The notes beneath the pieces are model-generated. The model saw nothing but the letters and a program-made list of their open reading frames with translations. It did not search any database and was not told the DNA's origin. A program made the translations under genes and the position numbers. 35,495 nt of DNA from Tricharina praecox (Eukaryota): positions 1,674,001-1,709,495 of the forward strand of contig NW_026250407.1 in the NCBI RefSeq assembly GCF_024521635.1, in the 5' to 3' direction. Below are positions 32,202-35,495 of this stretch, piece by piece (position 1 is the stretch's first letter; each line of letters opens with the position of its first letter).

Positions 32202-33385
32202 GACTGCTGGGAGGTCTCGCCGCAATCCTGGTTGCAGTTGTGATAGGTGTGAGTCGGGGTGGTTTTGGTGGGCTGGGCTGACTCCAGCCGGGCAACAGCT
32301 GCTCCGAACGGATTTCGGTTCTTGTTGGGGCAGTGCCTGGCCATGTGGCCACTTCCCCCACAGTACAGGCAGCGGCCTTCGCGGAGCCGGGCAGCACGCT
32401 CTTGGTCTGGGATCCTGCGGCTATTGGCACTCAAGTCCATGGCTACGGGGGCCGTTCCTGTTGCAGTGGTCGTCGCGGGCATGGTGTTGTGGGTGGTGTG
32501 CCTGAGCGGCGCCGTTGGGTGTGGGGCGCAACTCTGCCGACGGGGGTTGGTGGTGCGGCGTCCCTCACGAAGTTGGAGGGCACGCAGCTCGGAGTCAAGG
32601 CGTTGACAGAGGGCCACAAACTCATCGTAGTTGAGGCCCTGAGTACGGCCCACAAGTTGCCGGTGGAGTTCGATGGATACTCCTTCTCGCAGCGCGTCAA
32701 GTTTCGCATGCTCGTCCCAATTGAGCTTGGAGACAAGCATCTGGAATTCCGCAAAGTAGGAGGTGAACTCCTTATTGTCTTGTTTCGGGTGGTGTAGCTT
32801 GGCTCAAGCGGTGGCCGCTGGGTCAGGGTCACCAAATGCGTTGTTCAGGAGTGTGATGATCGCATCAGCGTCGGTGAGGGTGATGTTGTGATTCTCGATG
32901 TACGGCAGGATCTGGGCTTGGGCGCGGCCTTCCAAGCGGTTGAAGGCATAGGCCATTCGGAGTGCTGGAGTTGGGAAACGGGCTAGGTCGCTGTACAGCT
33001 TGAGTCGAAGTTGCGCAACGAACCCTTCCAGTTTCTCGCGTGTTCCGTCGAACATGGCTGGCTCTGGGACACGCTCAGCGCGGCTTTGAGGTTGGGTTTT
33101 GACGGTTGCGAGGCGGTTGGCGATGCGGCGGGCGTCAGCAAGTTGTTCTTCGAGGTCGTCGAATCGCCAGGTCGGTACGGCTATTGGGGACTGGGTGATT
33201 GCGCGGGCGAGAATTCTGAATTCATTGTACAACCCCATCAGGGTTGCATCATCGGCGGGTACATCATGATTGACGATGATCACGGTTTGTTCGTAGATAG
33301 CGGCAGGAATTTCTCGGTAGAAGGGGGGTGCCACTGGTACTTCGTCCTGCTGGGGGACGTCGGGTACCTGAGTGTTGGTGGCCAT
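32189..33385 (-). pseudogene. gag: gag with one in-frame nonsense codon
   Basis: ORFs 32804-33385 and 32189-32740 are in the same frame, separated by TGA at 32804-32806 (AATA*AKLHHPKQDNKEFTSYFAEFQML). Motifs PAMFDGTR..LEGF and the zinc knuckle CLYCGGSGHMARHC. Confidence 0.92.
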
Positions 33386-33413
33386 GGTAGTTCGCTAGGT
33401 GGAGAGATAGGGG

Positions 33414-33422
33414 ACGCAACAA
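33414..33422 (-). promoter_or_regulatory. Primer-binding site, self-priming (Tf1-like) type
   Basis: Minus-strand TTGTTGCGT lies 2 nt past the 5' LTR and is complementary to ACGCAACAA inside the LTR (33631-33639), about 32 nt downstream of a TATATAAA box (33671-33678). Confidence 0.75.
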
Positions 33423-33424
33423 AG

Positions 33425-33983
33425 TGTAACGGCACGGTCAGGCAAGGCTCCAGGTAGCGAAGTCGGGCTGGGGATCGGGTTCTGGGTTCGGTAGAGGCAA
33501 GACGGGTTCAGGGGACAAGGTGAGGCAGGACTCAGTGCAGACGGCAACTGAGAACAGAGGCAGGGACAAGGACTACGGCGCAGACAAAAGCTGAGGCAAG
33601 GACAGAGGTAACAGTGATTGAATTAACAAGTTGTTGCGTGAAGAACTAAATACAGAGGGGTAACGGCCCGTTTATATAGAAAATCCTCCACTTCTTCCCG
33701 CAACCTGACAATGACCGTGGGCGTGTGCCAGACCCTGAGAAATCCACCTTGCCAGTACCCCACTTCCGTGACTCATACCCTGCTCAGCCGCACTACCCCT
33801 GCTTCCTGCACACAGCCCCAATCTCCTGCGACTCATTGCTGCGCTATCCCTGCTCCCTGCACACAGCCCCAAATCCTCTGCGGCTCATCCTTGCACTGCC
33901 GGTGCACTGCCTCTGCACTGCCCCCCAACTCTCCCGATCCTTGTGCTGACCCTCCCTTCGTCATTCCATCGCGAGCCGTGACA
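33425..33983 (-). repeat. 5' LTR (559 bp) with TATA box
   Basis: TG...CA ends; followed on the minus strand by the PBS and gag ATG; minus-strand TATATAAA at 33671-33678. Confidence 0.96.
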
Positions 33984-35396
33984 CTATGTCTGCTGCTAAT
34001 CCGTGAAAGCGCCATATCTCACGGGCAGAAATGTTGACGAGATCTTCAGCTATCGTTCCATCCTTGGTTAGGGGGATGAAATGCGCTATCTTGGTGTAGC
34101 GGTCGACGACCACCTATAGCTGGTCGCTTCCGTTGGATTCTGGTAGGTCGATAATGAAGTCCATGGCTATTGATTGCCATGGGGTGTATGGTAGCTCGAG
34201 GGGATTGAGTAGTCCATACGGCTGGTGCCTTGTTGCTTTGTCCTTCTGACACTGCGCGCAACTTCGGACAAAGTCTATAATCTGCTCGTCCATCTTTGTC
34301 CACCAGAAATTGCGTCGGATAAGTTCGATAGTCTTGTCCTGGCCCATATGCCCCGCGACTTTCGTATCGTGTTCCGACTCGAGGATGTGTCTGACGAGTT
34401 CCTTGTCGTCTGGTACCCATAGCCTTTCTTTCCTATACAGGCACCCCTCTTCCATCCTCAAAATCCTGGCCTTTCGACCCATCCTGCCGGAGTCCCTACT
34501 CTCGGCGGCCAGTTCCCAGGCCTTTCGGCCCTCCGACTCAGTGTCCTTCTGAGCCGCGTCCTGGTTCGTATCCTTGATGCTACTCAGAGCCTCCTGATAC
34601 CCAGCATCTTTCTTTCCTGCCTTCCTGACCCAACCCAGAAATTCTTCATTCCACTTTGGCACGGGGATTGATTGTAGCCGAGTTGACGAAGCCAGGAACA
34701 CGGTGCTTTCGCCTCCGGTGCTGATTGATGAAACTCTCGAATCGTCGCCTGCAAAGTGTGATTTATGCAGGATCGTCGTAATCGGCTGATCTTCACCCCC
34801 CCCTTTTTCAGGGCGGTACTCCGGGCGCCTGGATAATGCGTCAGGCTTGCCATTCTGGCTGCCGGGCCGGTAGTAGATTTTGAAGTCGATGCCAGCGAGT
34901 TCTTGTGCCCATCTCGCCTGCCGTCGATTGAGTACTTTCGTGGTTGTGAAGTACTCAAGGTTCTGGTGGTCGCTGTACACCTGGATCCGGTGTTTTGCTC
35001 CCTCGAGGTATTGCCGCCAGCGTTTGAAAGAGTCTACTATCGCGCGTAGTTCCTTATCGTGAATCTCAAAGTTGATTTCGGCTGGGGTAAACTTTCTTAA
35101 GTGAAACGCAACTGGGTGTAACATCCCATCCTCTGCGCTTTGAGACAGGACCGCGCTGAACGCAAAGTCCGAAGCGTCGGATTGCACCACGACAGGTAAT
35201 TCTGGGTTAAAGAGCCCGAGAATCGGTGCCCTGGTGAACCTGGACTTCAGCTCCTCAAAGAACAGTTCCATCTCCCCTGTCCATCTTCAATCTTTCCCTT
35301 TTTCTTTCGTGCTCAGTCCTTGATGTCCACCGGCTTTGGTCGTTGAATGAGGGGCAAGCCAAGTTCTCGTGCAAGGCTTCGTTTGATGATCGGAAT
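33984..35396 (-). mobile_element. Older host Ty3/Gypsy pol relic: RT tail, RNase H and integrase N-half, with a probable short protease remnant
   Basis: VQSDASDFA, HPVAFH...NFEIHDKEL, YSDHQNLEYF, integrase HDTKVAGH...CAQC, IAMDFI; stop at 34114-34116, then VVVDRYTKIAHFIP...WRFHGLAADI up to the CTATG target site. 35320-35396 translates as IPIIKRSLARELGLPLIQRPKPVDIK. Confidence 0.88.
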
Positions 35397-35495
35397 TGTG
35401 AGACTGGAACGATTTCGGTCGTCGGAGTCGATTGATAGAATGGGGTTTTAGAATGAAAATAGATAGTATTCTTTTCACAAGTGGAATAATCTTAA
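35397..35495. mobile_element. Start of an LTR-like sequence of family B, running off the window end
   Basis: TGTGAGACTGGAACG start and colinear similarity with 26703-26800. Confidence 0.5.

Larger units (their letters stand above)
27804..33983 (-). mobile_element. Full-length Ty3/Gypsy chromovirus LTR retrotransposon (family A), inactivated
   Basis: Paired LTRs with TG...CA ends; 5-bp target duplication CTATG at 27799-27803 and 33984-33988; gag with CCHC knuckle; pol order PR-RT-RH-IN-chromodomain. Confidence 0.97.

Noticed and set aside
27229..34037. Cys/Pro-rich ORFs repeated at 27229, 28089 and 33711
   Set aside because: They are translations of the three copies of the same LTR, not independent genes.
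35387..35395. TGATCGGAA as a self-priming PBS for family B (also at 26906-26914)
   Set aside because: The two copies are in direct, not inverted, orientation, and the region reads better as a protease remnant.

Overview
Eukaryotic, filamentous-ascomycete-type genomic DNA: short GT-AG introns with CTRAC branch sites, and fungal gene and transposon families. All recognisable genes lie on the minus strand. They are: (1) a disrupted ~700-aa orphan gene with internal helical repeats (1852-3980); (2) an intact 8-exon LaeA/TdiE-like SAM-dependent methyltransferase (9527-10948); (3) a 3-exon orphan repeat protein whose spliced C-terminus has Trp every fourth residue (12706-13956), an exon missing from the ORF track; (4) a decayed NACHT-WD40 (HNWD/HET-E-like) NLR with near-identical WD repeats, no P-loop and a possible amyloid-signalling motif (16960-19555); (5) an intact Baeyer-Villiger-type flavin monooxygenase (22195-24048). 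The right third is a nest of transposons. A full-length but mutated Ty3/Gypsy chromovirus (27804-33983; CTATG target duplication, Tf1-type self-priming PBS, -1 frameshift signal) sits inside the integrase of an older Gypsy element. Nearby are a solo LTR with non-matching flanks, fragments of a second LTR family and a foldback/MITE-like element; a LINE RNase H relic lies near the left end (5250-5790). All calls come from reading and translating by eye; no database searches were run.
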